DNA of 63,970 nt, the filler included. It is 9 parts of 9 records of this genome, joined end to end, with 100 filler letters (N's around TTAATTAATTAA, not from the genome) between each part and the next. Parts side by side here need not be neighbours in the genome. Positions count along the whole stretch, not along the records: positions 1 to 7,378 come from SRR31156797_76991; positions 7,479 to 14,345 come from SRR31156797_77012; 7 more parts are not named here. One strand, 5' to 3'. Position numbers and translations under genes: made by a program. The notes under the pieces are model-generated. The model had not been told where the DNA came from. It saw nothing but the letters and a program-made list of their open reading frames with translations, and made no database searches. Shown here piece by piece: positions 1 to 9,160 of this stretch; the stretch's first letter is position 1; every line of letters starts with the position of its first letter.

Positions 1-657
1 CAGGGTCAAGGCCTCTTTTTCCATGGTGATGTTGCCGTCCGTATCAGCGGTTGTTCCCCGGACGATGGCCACGTGGATGGGCAGGGTTTTGTACGCCAGA
101 TACTCGTTGCCATCGAAAGTAATCAATTCAACCATATCTTCCTCGGTCATTTCATTGATCTTTCCGCCCCCGTTTCTCGGGTCCACGAATGTACCCAATC
201 CCACGGTGGTGATGGTTCGGGGCTTATGGGCCCCGATGTCCCTGTACATGTGCGAGATGACGCCCTGGGGAAGATTGTAGGCAACAATCTTATTATCCAT
301 GGCCAGTTTTTGCAGTTTGGGCGCCAGTCCCCAGTGCCCCCCGATGACCCTTTTCAGCAGGCCTTCATGGCCAAAGTGGTTCAGCCCTTTTTCACCGCCG
401 TCCCCCTGTCCGGCGGCGTAAACAAGGGTCAAATCCCCGGGCGTACCGGTTTCAATGAACCGCTTTTCCAGGGCAACGGCGATCTCTTCCGCAAAACCGA
501 CACCCACGAAGCCTCCGGTTGCGATGGTGTCCCCGTTATTAATAACCCGAACGGCTTCATCCGCCGAAACCAGTTTCCCTTTTTTTGCCCGATCCGGCGC
601 CAAAGTGGAAAGAGTGGAAAGGATAGGGTGGGTTACAGTTATTTTTTCGTCTGCCAT
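1..657 (-). CDS. Acyl-CoA:acetate/propionate CoA-transferase (Pct/YdiF family), 3' end truncated by window edge
   Basis: Not in ORF track. Manual translation: MADEKITV...[31 protein letters not shown]...[10 protein letters not shown]...[10 protein letters not shown]...AYNLPQG...[19 protein letters not shown] upstream. Confidence 0.9.
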   Translation of the reverse strand, partial: MADEKITVTHPILSTLSTLAPDRAKKGKLVSADEAVRVINNGDTIATGGFVGVGFAEEIAVALEKRFIETGTPGDLTLVYAAGQGDGGEKGLNHFGHEGLLKRVIGGHWGLAPKLQKLAMDNKIVAYNLPQGVISHMYRDIGAHKPRTITTVGLGTFVDPRNGGGKINEMTEEDMVELITFDGNEYLAYKTLPIHVAIVRGTTADTDGNITMEKEALTL

Positions 658-758
658 TTGGACATCTCCTTAATGGGTGCTTGAAAAGGTTTGGAAAATT
701 AAGGTGCTACCGGGTGGAAGGGAACGAAGAATCATGGAAAGATGCTTGGATAATATGA

Positions 759-1817
759 TTAAAACCATGACCTGTGACTCCATACATCATCTTTCAGATC
801 CTTCATGTCTTCCTGAAGCATCAAATAGATGGAAGCGTTCTGAATGGCCAGTCCCCCTTGAAGCGCCAGTGCGGAGACAAGCATGATTTCATCCTCGGTA
901 AATTCCCTGCGGACCCCGCTGTAGAGCCTGAGCACGCCGAGGATCTCATCTTTTGACTTTATGGGGGCGTTCAAGATTGAAACGATCCCCTCCTCCTTCT
1001 CTTCGCTGTACCATACCCCCTTGTCTTTAGCCGTATCCCTGACCCACTCGCCTTTCAAGGCCTCTGCCATGCTTTTCCCGCCGGATATGGCGCTTTTATG
1101 GAGATATTTCTCGCTCAAACCGTAATTTGCCGCCGGTTCCAGATTTTGCCGGTCCTCATCAAGCAGGTGAATGGATGCGGCCCTTACCCCGAGGGCCTCC
1201 GCAACTTCGGCGGACAGGATGTGCATAATTTTCCTTATATCCAGGGTGGAATTAATGCTGGCGGACAAATCATGAAAGAGTTTTGTATTTTTCCTGATTT
1301 TTTCAAACAGTCGAGCATGTTCAATGGCCATGCCCCCCTGCTCCGCAAGGGCCGTCAAGAAATCTATCTCATCTTTTGAGAAATTCCTCGGCTCGGAAGT
1401 AAAGAGAGAAAGAACGCCGATGAGTTCTCCTTTCACCTTGGCCGGGACAATCAGGATTGAAGCGATCCCTTCGGCCTTTTTGGCCTCATGATGTTCCAAC
1501 CTGGAATCCGTGGCGGCATCATAGGCATGAAGATACCCTTCTTCCATAACCGTGGACGTGATCTCTCCCAGACCGATGGCCGTCCGGAAATATTTTTCGG
1601 AAAGTCCCCTCTGGGCAACGGGGACGAACTCATTATTTTCCTCATCCACAAGCCACAAACAGGCTGCCTTCCCTTTCATGGTTCGAACGGCATCCTGAAC
1701 AACAAGACTCAGGATTTCATCCTTATCCAGGGTCGTTCCAAAGCGCCTGCTTACCTTACAGATGGCCTCAAAAAAATGATTCCCTTTCGTCATCTCTCCG
1801 TCTCCTCGCAATTCCAT
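759..1817 (-). CDS. Tandem GAF-domain protein with no recognisable output domain
   Basis: Two repeats with GAF signatures (GLSEKY...IASILIVP..K.E.IGVL.L...R.F...EI..L.ALA.QGG.AI). Start at 1817 or 1793; the ORF-track start overlaps phaC. Confidence 0.85.
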   Translation of the reverse strand: MELRGDGEMTKGNHFFEAICKVSRRFGTTLDKDEILSLVVQDAVRTMKGKAACLWLVDEENNEFVPVAQRGLSEKYFRTAIGLGEITSTVMEEGYLHAYDAATDSRLEHHEAKKAEGIASILIVPAKVKGELIGVLSLFTSEPRNFSKDEIDFLTALAEQGGMAIEHARLFEKIRKNTKLFHDLSASINSTLDIRKIMHILSAEVAEALGVRAASIHLLDEDRQNLEPAANYGLSEKYLHKSAISGGKSMAEALKGEWVRDTAKDKGVWYSEEKEEGIVSILNAPIKSKDEILGVLRLYSGVRREFTEDEIMLVSALALQGGLAIQNASIYLMLQEDMKDLKDDVWSHRSWF

Positions 1818-1819
1818 TC

Positions 1820-2944
1820 TCAGTCCCTCTCCCTGAGCCATCCCGCAATCCTGGGGGCGAATTCCTTCTGGCACTTGGAACTGACATAGATGCCGATATG
1901 CCCCGTATCGAGACACGCATCCGTCACGTCTTTACCGCCGACCTTGCGGGTAAGAAGTTGACAGGCCTCGGGCGGCACCAGGTGATCATACTTTCCGTAG
2001 AAGTTCAAGAGCGGCATGGCGATTTTCCTTAGATCGACTCTACGCCCTCCCACTTCCATCTTATTTTGGATGAGCAGATTCTTGTGATAACAATCCTTTA
2101 CAAACTGGCGGAAAGTCTCTCCGGGGACATCGGGACTGTCAAAGATCCATTTTTCCATCCGGATGAAGTTCTCCACAAAAGCCTTGTTGTCCATGTTCTC
2201 CAAGAAACCGACGTATTTATCAACCATCAACCGGGCGGGGTTGAGAAGAAGGAAACCGAAATTCATGAAATCCCCCGGTATGTTGCCGAAGGTGTCCACC
2301 ATGCGGTCCACGTCCACATCCTTCATCCAGATATGGAGAAGCCCCCGGTCCGTATGGAAGTCGGTGGGCGTCACCGTGGTAATCAGGTTCTTGACCTTTT
2401 CAGGATGAAGGGACGCGTATATGACACAGAAGGTCCCCCCCATGCAGATCCCCATCAGGTTGATCCTGGGGAGATCGTGCTTTTTGCGGATAAAGTCGAC
2501 CATGTTGTCCATGTAGCCGTTCACATGGTCGTCAATGTTGAGATATCTGTCTTTGGGGGAAGGATACCCCCAATCAATCATATAGAGATCGATGCCGCTG
2601 TCGAGAAAGCTCCGGACCACACTCCTTTGCGGCTGGAGATCAAGCATGGTCTCCTTGTTGATCATGGCATAGACCACCAAAAGAGGGGTCTTGAGATTCA
2701 CATCCTTGCCGAAAACCGCTATGGGGCCCTTCAAAGAAGTGCTATCTTTTGCGGACAACCGTCTGTACCGCTTCAATTTTACCCTGTCTTCCTCGTAGAC
2801 CACATCGTACGGGGTGGCGGCGATTTCGGTGTCCAACCGGCCTGACAGAACCTCCTGGGCCATATCGGCGTGGGCCTCCGCCTTTTCGGCATCTTCAGCC
2901 ATCTTTTTGAGGACAAGGTCCATGGGAATTTTCGGTTTTGCCAT
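1820..2944 (-). CDS. phaC: Class III poly(3-hydroxyalkanoate) synthase subunit PhaC
   Basis: TPYDVVYEED, PLLVVYAMINK..MLDLQP.RS, lipase-like box GICMGG, catalytic D (YDHLVPP) and H (TGHIG). Confidence 0.95.
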   Translation of the reverse strand: MAKPKIPMDLVLKKMAEDAEKAEAHADMAQEVLSGRLDTEIAATPYDVVYEEDRVKLKRYRRLSAKDSTSLKGPIAVFGKDVNLKTPLLVVYAMINKETMLDLQPQRSVVRSFLDSGIDLYMIDWGYPSPKDRYLNIDDHVNGYMDNMVDFIRKKHDLPRINLMGICMGGTFCVIYASLHPEKVKNLITTVTPTDFHTDRGLLHIWMKDVDVDRMVDTFGNIPGDFMNFGFLLLNPARLMVDKYVGFLENMDNKAFVENFIRMEKWIFDSPDVPGETFRQFVKDCYHKNLLIQNKMEVGGRRVDLRKIAMPLLNFYGKYDHLVPPEACQLLTRKVGGKDVTDACLDTGHIGIYVSSKCQKEFAPRIAGWLRERD

Positions 2945-2998
2945 TCCTGTCACCCTCCGACAAACAGGGAGCATGGAGCAAAGAGTATGCGCGCCGCT

Positions 2999-3553
2999 CT
3001 AATTTCCTGCCGACTCCTTTTTTTCAAGCTGCTTGAGCCTCTTTTTCAACAGGTAAAGATCTTTGTAAACGTCATCCATATCTTTCTGGCTGGGCACCGG
3101 AAGCATTTTCAGAAAATCCTGGAGGATCTCCTGCCTGGCCGCCGTAAAATCTTCCATGGCGTCAAGGGTTTTCCCTAAGGCCCGGGAGTACTGGGACGAC
3201 TTGAACAGGGTCATGTAACTGCCTTCAAGGATCTTTATCCACATGCGGTAGCAGGCCTGGAAATCTTCAGGAAAGCCTTCGTCGCCGGCCGACTCCCCCA
3301 GTTTATCCTGCATTGCCTTGAAAGATTCCATCATCGGCATGTTATGCAGACACATGAAGTGGACCGTCTCATTCTGAAAACGGTTGAATCGGTCGACAAA
3401 ACGGAACATCCTTTCCTGATAGGATCGGGTTAACCCCAATTGGGGAATATTCAATAACTTCCCGAATCCCTCTTCATAGATTTCCCTTGCGGATTTCATC
3501 CAGGCATTCAGCAAGGATTCCGGGCCTATCTTTTCTTTTGGTTTCTTTTTCAT
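2999..3553 (-). CDS. phaE: Class III PHA synthase subunit PhaE (short form)
   Basis: PQLGLTRSYQER, YRMWIKILEG and C-terminal LPVPSQKDMDDVYKDLYLLKKRLKQLE; directly upstream of phaC. Confidence 0.85.
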   Translation of the reverse strand: MKKKPKEKIGPESLLNAWMKSAREIYEEGFGKLLNIPQLGLTRSYQERMFRFVDRFNRFQNETVHFMCLHNMPMMESFKAMQDKLGESAGDEGFPEDFQACYRMWIKILEGSYMTLFKSSQYSRALGKTLDAMEDFTAARQEILQDFLKMLPVPSQKDMDDVYKDLYLLKKRLKQLEKKESAGN

Positions 3554-3607
3554 GATTCACGGACCCCGGGAATGATGAGCAATGGGAAAAACACGTCACC
3601 CATGGAA

Positions 3608-4855
3608 TTAATTCATTTTGGCCCCCTGCCCAGCGATTTCTTTTTCGGGACGCCAGGTCTCGGGACCTTTGAATTCCATGATATCATGATAGATGGGAAA
3701 GGGATATTTCGGATCATCAGCCACCCGACCGAAATAGGCGGAACAACTTAATTGGTTGTCGATTTCACGGAAAAAGAGTTTACCGCGGCAGGTGAGAATG
3801 GTCATCCCCTTCATGGCGTCTTTGACCGCCTCCGAATCGATGCTGCCCGCCTTATGGATACCCTGTTTCAGGGCATACACCCCGTCGTAGCTCATGACGG
3901 CCCAATCCGAAGGATACCGGCCGAATTCGGCCCTGTAGTTTTTCACGAATTGGGCCATCATGGGAACATCCATATGGGCGAAGAAAGGCGCCCTGCACCG
4001 GCCGTAGAGGCCGCGGCGGATACTTTTCGCCTGGCCCGTCAACTCGGTTACGCTGATCAAACCCCCGGGTTGCTCCACTTGCTTGAACAGTCCGTATTCC
4101 CTGGCATCCCTCATCCAGAAGGCATTGTCCGTCCCGGCAACGGTGCTGAGGACAAAATCGGGTTTTTTTGCCATGATGTCCACCACAAAGGAGTTGAACC
4201 GGGTCTGCCCCAGGCGCGGCCAATAGGCGTGCAACAACTTCAATTCGGGGGCCGTCTTCTTCATCAACTCAACCTGGATCATTTGGCTCGATCGGCCCCA
4301 GGCATAGTCGGAGGCGATGGTGGCATACTTTGTCCATCCTTTTTGAGCCGCCAGCTTCGCCGCTCCGATGACGGAAGCCTTGGCCATCATATAGGTATTG
4401 GGAACAACGGAGTAAGTGTAGGGACTGAATTCCGATCCGGTGATGGCCTCGGCATTGCTCACCGTTGCGATATGAAGAACGCCTGATTTTTCGCATACGG
4501 GCTTGACGGCCAGGGCGCAGGCGCTGGAATAGGTTCCCATAATGCACCGCACCTTCTCCTTTTGAATGAGATCCTTCACCACCTTTACGGCCGTTTCAGG
4601 CTCTGTCCGCGTGTCTCTTATGAACAGCTCGATGGGATATTTCCCCAGGAAACCACCCTGTGAATTGATCTCATTAACGGCGATTTCAATGCCTTCCAAC
4701 GCCTCCTTGGAATAGGGCGCCCCGGTGCCGGTAAATCCCAAAGCGACCCCCAACCCATAGGTTTGATCCGCAAAACTGATCCCCTGGCCGAGCACGCCTA
4801 AAAATAGGAACAGCGATAAAACAAACAATATTCCCCTTACACTCATAACCTTCAT
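3608..4855 (-). CDS. ABC transporter substrate-binding protein, branched-chain amino acid/LivJ-like family
   Basis: Signal peptide, AVNEINSQGGFLG, IMGTYSSACA, DYAWG. RBS AGGAGG. Confidence 0.88.
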   Translation of the reverse strand: MKVMSVRGILFVLSLFLFLGVLGQGISFADQTYGLGVALGFTGTGAPYSKEALEGIEIAVNEINSQGGFLGKYPIELFIRDTRTEPETAVKVVKDLIQKEKVRCIMGTYSSACALAVKPVCEKSGVLHIATVSNAEAITGSEFSPYTYSVVPNTYMMAKASVIGAAKLAAQKGWTKYATIASDYAWGRSSQMIQVELMKKTAPELKLLHAYWPRLGQTRFNSFVVDIMAKKPDFVLSTVAGTDNAFWMRDAREYGLFKQVEQPGGLISVTELTGQAKSIRRGLYGRCRAPFFAHMDVPMMAQFVKNYRAEFGRYPSDWAVMSYDGVYALKQGIHKAGSIDSEAVKDAMKGMTILTCRGKLFFREIDNQLSCSAYFGRVADDPKYPFPIYHDIMEFKGPETWRPEKEIAGQGAKMN

Positions 4856-4976
4856 AATGAGCCTCCTGTTTGTCGGCTTGCGTCCCAAAGCCTATGGATC
4901 GCGGTTTACGGCCGTATCTTCCCTTAAATCCAAAACCGTGGGCCTTGGGACGTAACGCATGTGGTTCAACCGCGGC

Positions 4977-6362
4977 TCACCTATAGACCACGGCCGGCAG
5001 CCAAATGACCAATTGGGGCCAGATGACGATCATCAACAGGCCGATCAACTGCAAAATGATGAACGGCACTACCCCTCTGTATATGTCCGAGAGGGTCACT
5101 TCCGGTGGACAAACCCCTTTGAGATAGAAGAGGGCAAACCCCACGGGAGGCGTCAAAAAGGACGTCTGCAAACTCACGGCCACCAGCAGGACGAACCAGA
5201 CCAGTTGAGGATTATCGACCACGCCGTAACCGTCTATCTGAAAACCCAGCGCTGAAACAACCGGTGCCAGAAGAGGGAGGATGATCAGTGTTATCTCGAT
5301 CCAGTCCAGGAAAAAGCCGAGGAGGAATACACACCCCAGTATGACGGCCATGATGCCGTAAGGACCGAAGGGAATCCCCGTTAAGCTCCTCTCTATGAAT
5401 TCATCGCCCCCGAGACTCCTGAGGACCAGGGCAAAGGTCGTTGCACCGAGAAAAATGGTGAAAATATAGGCGGTGGTGTTGTAACACCCCTTCATAACGT
5501 CGACGATTACTTTCCACTTGAGTTTTTTGTTGATGGCGGCAAGGATGGTGGCGCCCAGGGCGCCCACGCCGCTGGCCTCCGTGGGGGTTGTGATGCCTGC
5601 GAAAATGGAGCCGAGCACCGCCAGTATGAGCCCGGCGGGGGGCAATATGTTCTTGATAACGCTCCAGACAATTCCCCAATTAAGGGGTTTTCGATCCGGA
5701 TCAAGGGGCGCCGCTTCAGGCCTTATCAACCCGAAAATCAAGATATACCCGATGTACAAGGCCCCCAAAATAACGCCGGGCATAACGGCGCCCATGAAGA
5801 GATCGCCCACGGAGAGGCCCAATTGATCCGCCATGATCACCAGCATGATGCTGGGGGGAATCAGTATCCCGAGGGTCCCGGAGCCTGCGATGGCGCCGAG
5901 GGCAAGGGTCTTGGAATAGCCCTGCTTCATCATGGCCGGCAGGGAGAGGAGCCCCAAAAGCACAACCGATGCGCCGATGATCCCCGTTGAGGCGGCCAGA
6001 ATAATGCCGATCATGGTGACGGTGACGGCCAACCCTCCCCGTACCCTGCCGAAAAGCTGCTGCATGGATTTCATCAATCCTTCGGCAATGCCGGATCGAT
6101 CCAACATGAGCCCCATGAAGATAAACATGGGGAGCGCCACCAGGACCCAGTTATCCATGAACTTATAGATCCTGTTTACGGCCATCCCCAGGGTGAGGTA
6201 ATCGAGTCCGGTCATCCCATCAAACCAGAGGTCCGCGCAGTAACCCACAACGGCAAAGAGAACCCCCACGCCACCCAGGACAAAAGCCACCGGAAAGCCC
6301 GTAAATAACAGCCCTATGAAGGTCAGGAACATTGCAATCACAAGATAGTCGTTTAATTCCAT
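4977..6362 (-). CDS. TRAP transporter large permease (DctM)
   Basis: GFPVAFVLGG, GTLGILIPPS, TPTEA, QTSFLTPPVGFALFYL. Confidence 0.95.
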   Translation of the reverse strand: MELNDYLVIAMFLTFIGLLFTGFPVAFVLGGVGVLFAVVGYCADLWFDGMTGLDYLTLGMAVNRIYKFMDNWVLVALPMFIFMGLMLDRSGIAEGLMKSMQQLFGRVRGGLAVTVTMIGIILAASTGIIGASVVLLGLLSLPAMMKQGYSKTLALGAIAGSGTLGILIPPSIMLVIMADQLGLSVGDLFMGAVMPGVILGALYIGYILIFGLIRPEAAPLDPDRKPLNWGIVWSVIKNILPPAGLILAVLGSIFAGITTPTEASGVGALGATILAAINKKLKWKVIVDVMKGCYNTTAYIFTIFLGATTFALVLRSLGGDEFIERSLTGIPFGPYGIMAVILGCVFLLGFFLDWIEITLIILPLLAPVVSALGFQIDGYGVVDNPQLVWFVLLVAVSLQTSFLTPPVGFALFYLKGVCPPEVTLSDIYRGVVPFIILQLIGLLMIVIWPQLVIWLPAVVYR

Positions 6363-6364
6363 TG

Positions 6365-6886
6365 TTACCCTCTCCTTAGGGACGCGAAAATCCGGACTGT
6401 GCGAGAGACGGTTGCCACCACCAGCAACCCGAAACTGATGGGGATTACGGCTTTTATGGCCCATCGCCAGGGGAGGCCCATGGGGGCGTCCGATCGTTCA
6501 TTGACTTTCCATGATTCCTGAAAAAAATCGATCCCTTGAAGAAATATGACGATGAGGAAAGGGAGGAGCAAAAAGAAAGTACCGAAAAGGTCCCAGCGGT
6601 TTTTCCATTTCATCGACAAACGCGCGTGTACAATATCCACGCGAATGTGGGAATCCGTTACCTGGGCATAGGAGGCCCCGAACATAATCCCCAATGCATA
6701 GAGATGCCACTGAAGCTCCTCAAAGATGACGAGGCCGTGGTTGAAGACGTAACGGAGAACAACCTGCAGGATAATGACAAAAATGAGTAGCCCGTTGCAC
6801 CACATCACCACGTGTCCGATACCCCGGATGAATCCGTCCAGAGCATCGCAAAATCTGTTGGGCGCCTGTTCTGTTTCAGCGTTCAT
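6365..6886 (-). CDS. TRAP transporter small permease (DctQ)
   Basis: Four TM segments, QVVLRYVF, ELQWHLY, HIRVDI. Confidence 0.93.
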   Translation of the reverse strand: MNAETEQAPNRFCDALDGFIRGIGHVVMWCNGLLIFVIILQVVLRYVFNHGLVIFEELQWHLYALGIMFGASYAQVTDSHIRVDIVHARLSMKWKNRWDLFGTFFLLLPFLIVIFLQGIDFFQESWKVNERSDAPMGLPWRWAIKAVIPISFGLLVVATVSRTVRIFASLRRG

Positions 6887-6940
6887 GTCGGTCTCCCCCA
6901 ATTTTCAGGATTTTTTTCAGAAAAAAGATTTCATAAATTA

Positions 6941-6980
6941 AATGCAAAAGAGGCATGAAAGGGGGGGCCTCTTTTGCATT
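6941..6980 (-). terminator. Stem-loop between TRAP dctP and dctQ (terminator or mRNA-stabilising hairpin)
   Basis: 14-bp perfect inverted repeat AATGCAAAAGAGGC / GCCTCTTTTGCATT. Confidence 0.65.
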
Positions 6981-6996
6981 TGCATCCGGCCTCTAT

Positions 6997-7377
6997 CTAC
7001 TTCCCTTTTTGTTGGCCGCGGGGCAAAAACGCATAGTTTTCCCAAGGGTCGTATTCGGCTCGAAATGCACTCAAATCCTCGTAGGCTTCCTTGAACATGG
7101 GGGATTTGGCGGATAGTTCGTCGGCAACTTCCAGCCACGCCTTTTCCGCCGCCTCAAGGACATCATCCGGTACGTACAGAATTGTCACGCCGTGCTTTTC
7201 CACATTTTCCTTCAACACCTTCCCCTGGATGGACTCGGTATAGGCGAAGGAGTCCGCGGTGGCGGCCTTGCACGTGATTTCCAGGAGCATCTGCTGGCTC
7301 TTACTCATTTTGTTCCATACGTCTTTGTTGATCAGCAGTTCGAAAAACGTCGCCTGCTGATGCCAGCCGGGGAAGTA
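6997..7377 (-). CDS. TRAP substrate-binding protein (DctP/TakP-like), C-terminal part
   Basis: YFPGWHQ..TFFELLINKDVWNKM; upstream of dctQM; cut by contig end. Confidence 0.88.
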   Translation of the reverse strand, partial: YFPGWHQQATFFELLINKDVWNKMSKSQQMLLEITCKAATADSFAYTESIQGKVLKENVEKHGVTILYVPDDVLEAAEKAWLEVADELSAKSPMFKEAYEDLSAFRAEYDPWENYAFLPRGQQKGK

Positions 7378-7378
7378 G

Positions 7379-7478
7379 NNNNNNNNNNNNNNNNNNNNNN
7401 NNNNNNNNNNNNNNNNNNNNNNTTAATTAATTAANNNNNNNNNNNNNNNNNNNNNNNNNNNNNNNNNNNNNNNNNNNN
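7379..7478. other. Artificial contig linker (N44-TTAATTAATTAA-N44). Identical linkers at 14346-14445, 24022-24121, 32286-32385, 38463-38562, 45141-45240, 51422-51521 and 58504-58603
   Basis: Identical 100-nt spacer with stop codons in all frames; genes are truncated and composition changes at the junctions. Confidence 0.99.
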
Positions 7479-9160
7479 TTTTGCAGCTCACGGATATTGC
7501 CCGGCCAGTCGTAGCGCTGCATGGCGGTGATGACACGTTGAGAAACAACGGGGAGTTTGTCTCCATGGGGGAAATCACTTACAAAATGATTCACCAGAAG
7601 CGGAATGTCCTCTTTCCGATCTTTCAATGCAGGCAGTGCAATCGGAAGAATGTGGATCCGATAATAAAAATCTTTTCTAAACTCACCTTTTTCCATGCTT
7701 TTTTTCAGGTCACGGTTGGTAGCGGCAACAATGCGGATATCGGAGTGTTTGACGACGCTGCTGCCGATGGGCGTATACCCTCCCCCTTCGATGGCCCGCA
7801 ACAGCTTGACCTGCATACTCAAACTCAACTCACCCAATTCATCCATGAACAGCGTTCCACCGTCCGCTGCATCCAGGTAGCCGCTCCTGTCCTGATCCGC
7901 ACCGGTAAAGGCCCCTTTGCGATACCCGAAGAACTCGCTTTCAATAAGATTGTCTGGAATGGCGCCGCAATGGACCGTAACAAATTTTTTGCTTCCACGA
8001 TCGCTCAGATCGTGAATGGTCTTGGCCACCAGTTCCTTTCCGGTGCCGGAATCACCGTAAATAATCACATGGGCATTGGATTCCGCGGATTTAAGGATAT
8101 TTTCATAAACCTCCTGCATGGGATGGCTTTTTCCGATAATATTCCCGAAACGGCTGGCCGTCCGCATGGACTTTTTCAGACGGCGGTTTTTCTCAGCCAA
8201 TTGGGTCTGCCTGAGCCGTAACCAGTCTTCGGTGGCCTTTCGATCCGAAATATCCAGGACAACGGCCTGCAACTGGCGAACCTCACCCTCACCGCCGAAC
8301 ATCGGCGATTGGACTGCATCGTACCACCGACCGTCCTTTTCATTGAAAAACTCGGTCCTGGCCGCCTCTCCATACCCGAACACATCGGAGTGCCGGCACC
8401 ACGGGCAGGGTTGATCCAGGCCATACAAAACGCGATGACACTTCTTTCCGGCCACATCATCGCCAACGTGATCCGCCAGCTTCTGATTGACAAAGTCCAG
8501 GTGAAAGGTTGGATCACAGGTATAGATAAAGCCTTGAAAAATCGATAAGATTTCCACCAGTCGCGACTCACTCTGGCGCAAGGCTGTAGCCGTTTTCTCA
8601 CGAATGGCCACCTCTTTTTTCAGCTCTACGTTCGCCAGCAGCAGTTGTTCCGTTCGCCTGTGCAGGTCTTTCGTCCTGAGATCGATCTCATCTTCCAGAT
8701 GCGCCTGATGTCGACGGTTCTCTTCCAACAACCGGGTTCGCTCCAGGGCCCTGTTGACCGCATGCTCCAATACGGCCATATCCACGATGGGTTTGCTCAC
8801 AAAATCAAATGCACCCAGACGCAGCGCCGCCACAGCATCCTGGAGCACACCCGCCCCTGTAACGACGATGACGGGCGTCTTTTCCAGTTCTTCCGAGATG
8901 GCCTCAAGAACCTCCAGTCCATCCATGCCCGGCATGCGAAGGTCCAGCAGAACAACATCGGGCGAAAGCTCTTTGAACTGTTGCAACCCCGTTTGACCGT
9001 CCTGTGCCTGATAGACGGTAAACCCGCTGTCTTCCAAGTAAACGGCGATACTGCCGCGGATGATCTCTTCGTCTTCGATGATCAGGACGCGGGGTCGTTT
9101 TTCGGAATCAACCGGCACGTAGTCTCTCCTTGGCACGAAATTGCCTGTCGTTTTCTCCAT
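7479..9160 (-). CDS. Sigma54-dependent response regulator (REC-PAS-AAA+), C-terminal HTH missing at contig end
   Basis: REC (IIEDE, DLRMPGMDG, KP), Walker A GDSGTGKE, GAFTGA, WPGNIREL. Confidence 0.93.

Noticed and set aside
73-684. 203-aa plus-strand ORF
   Set aside because: Antisense shadow of the CoA-transferase on the minus strand.
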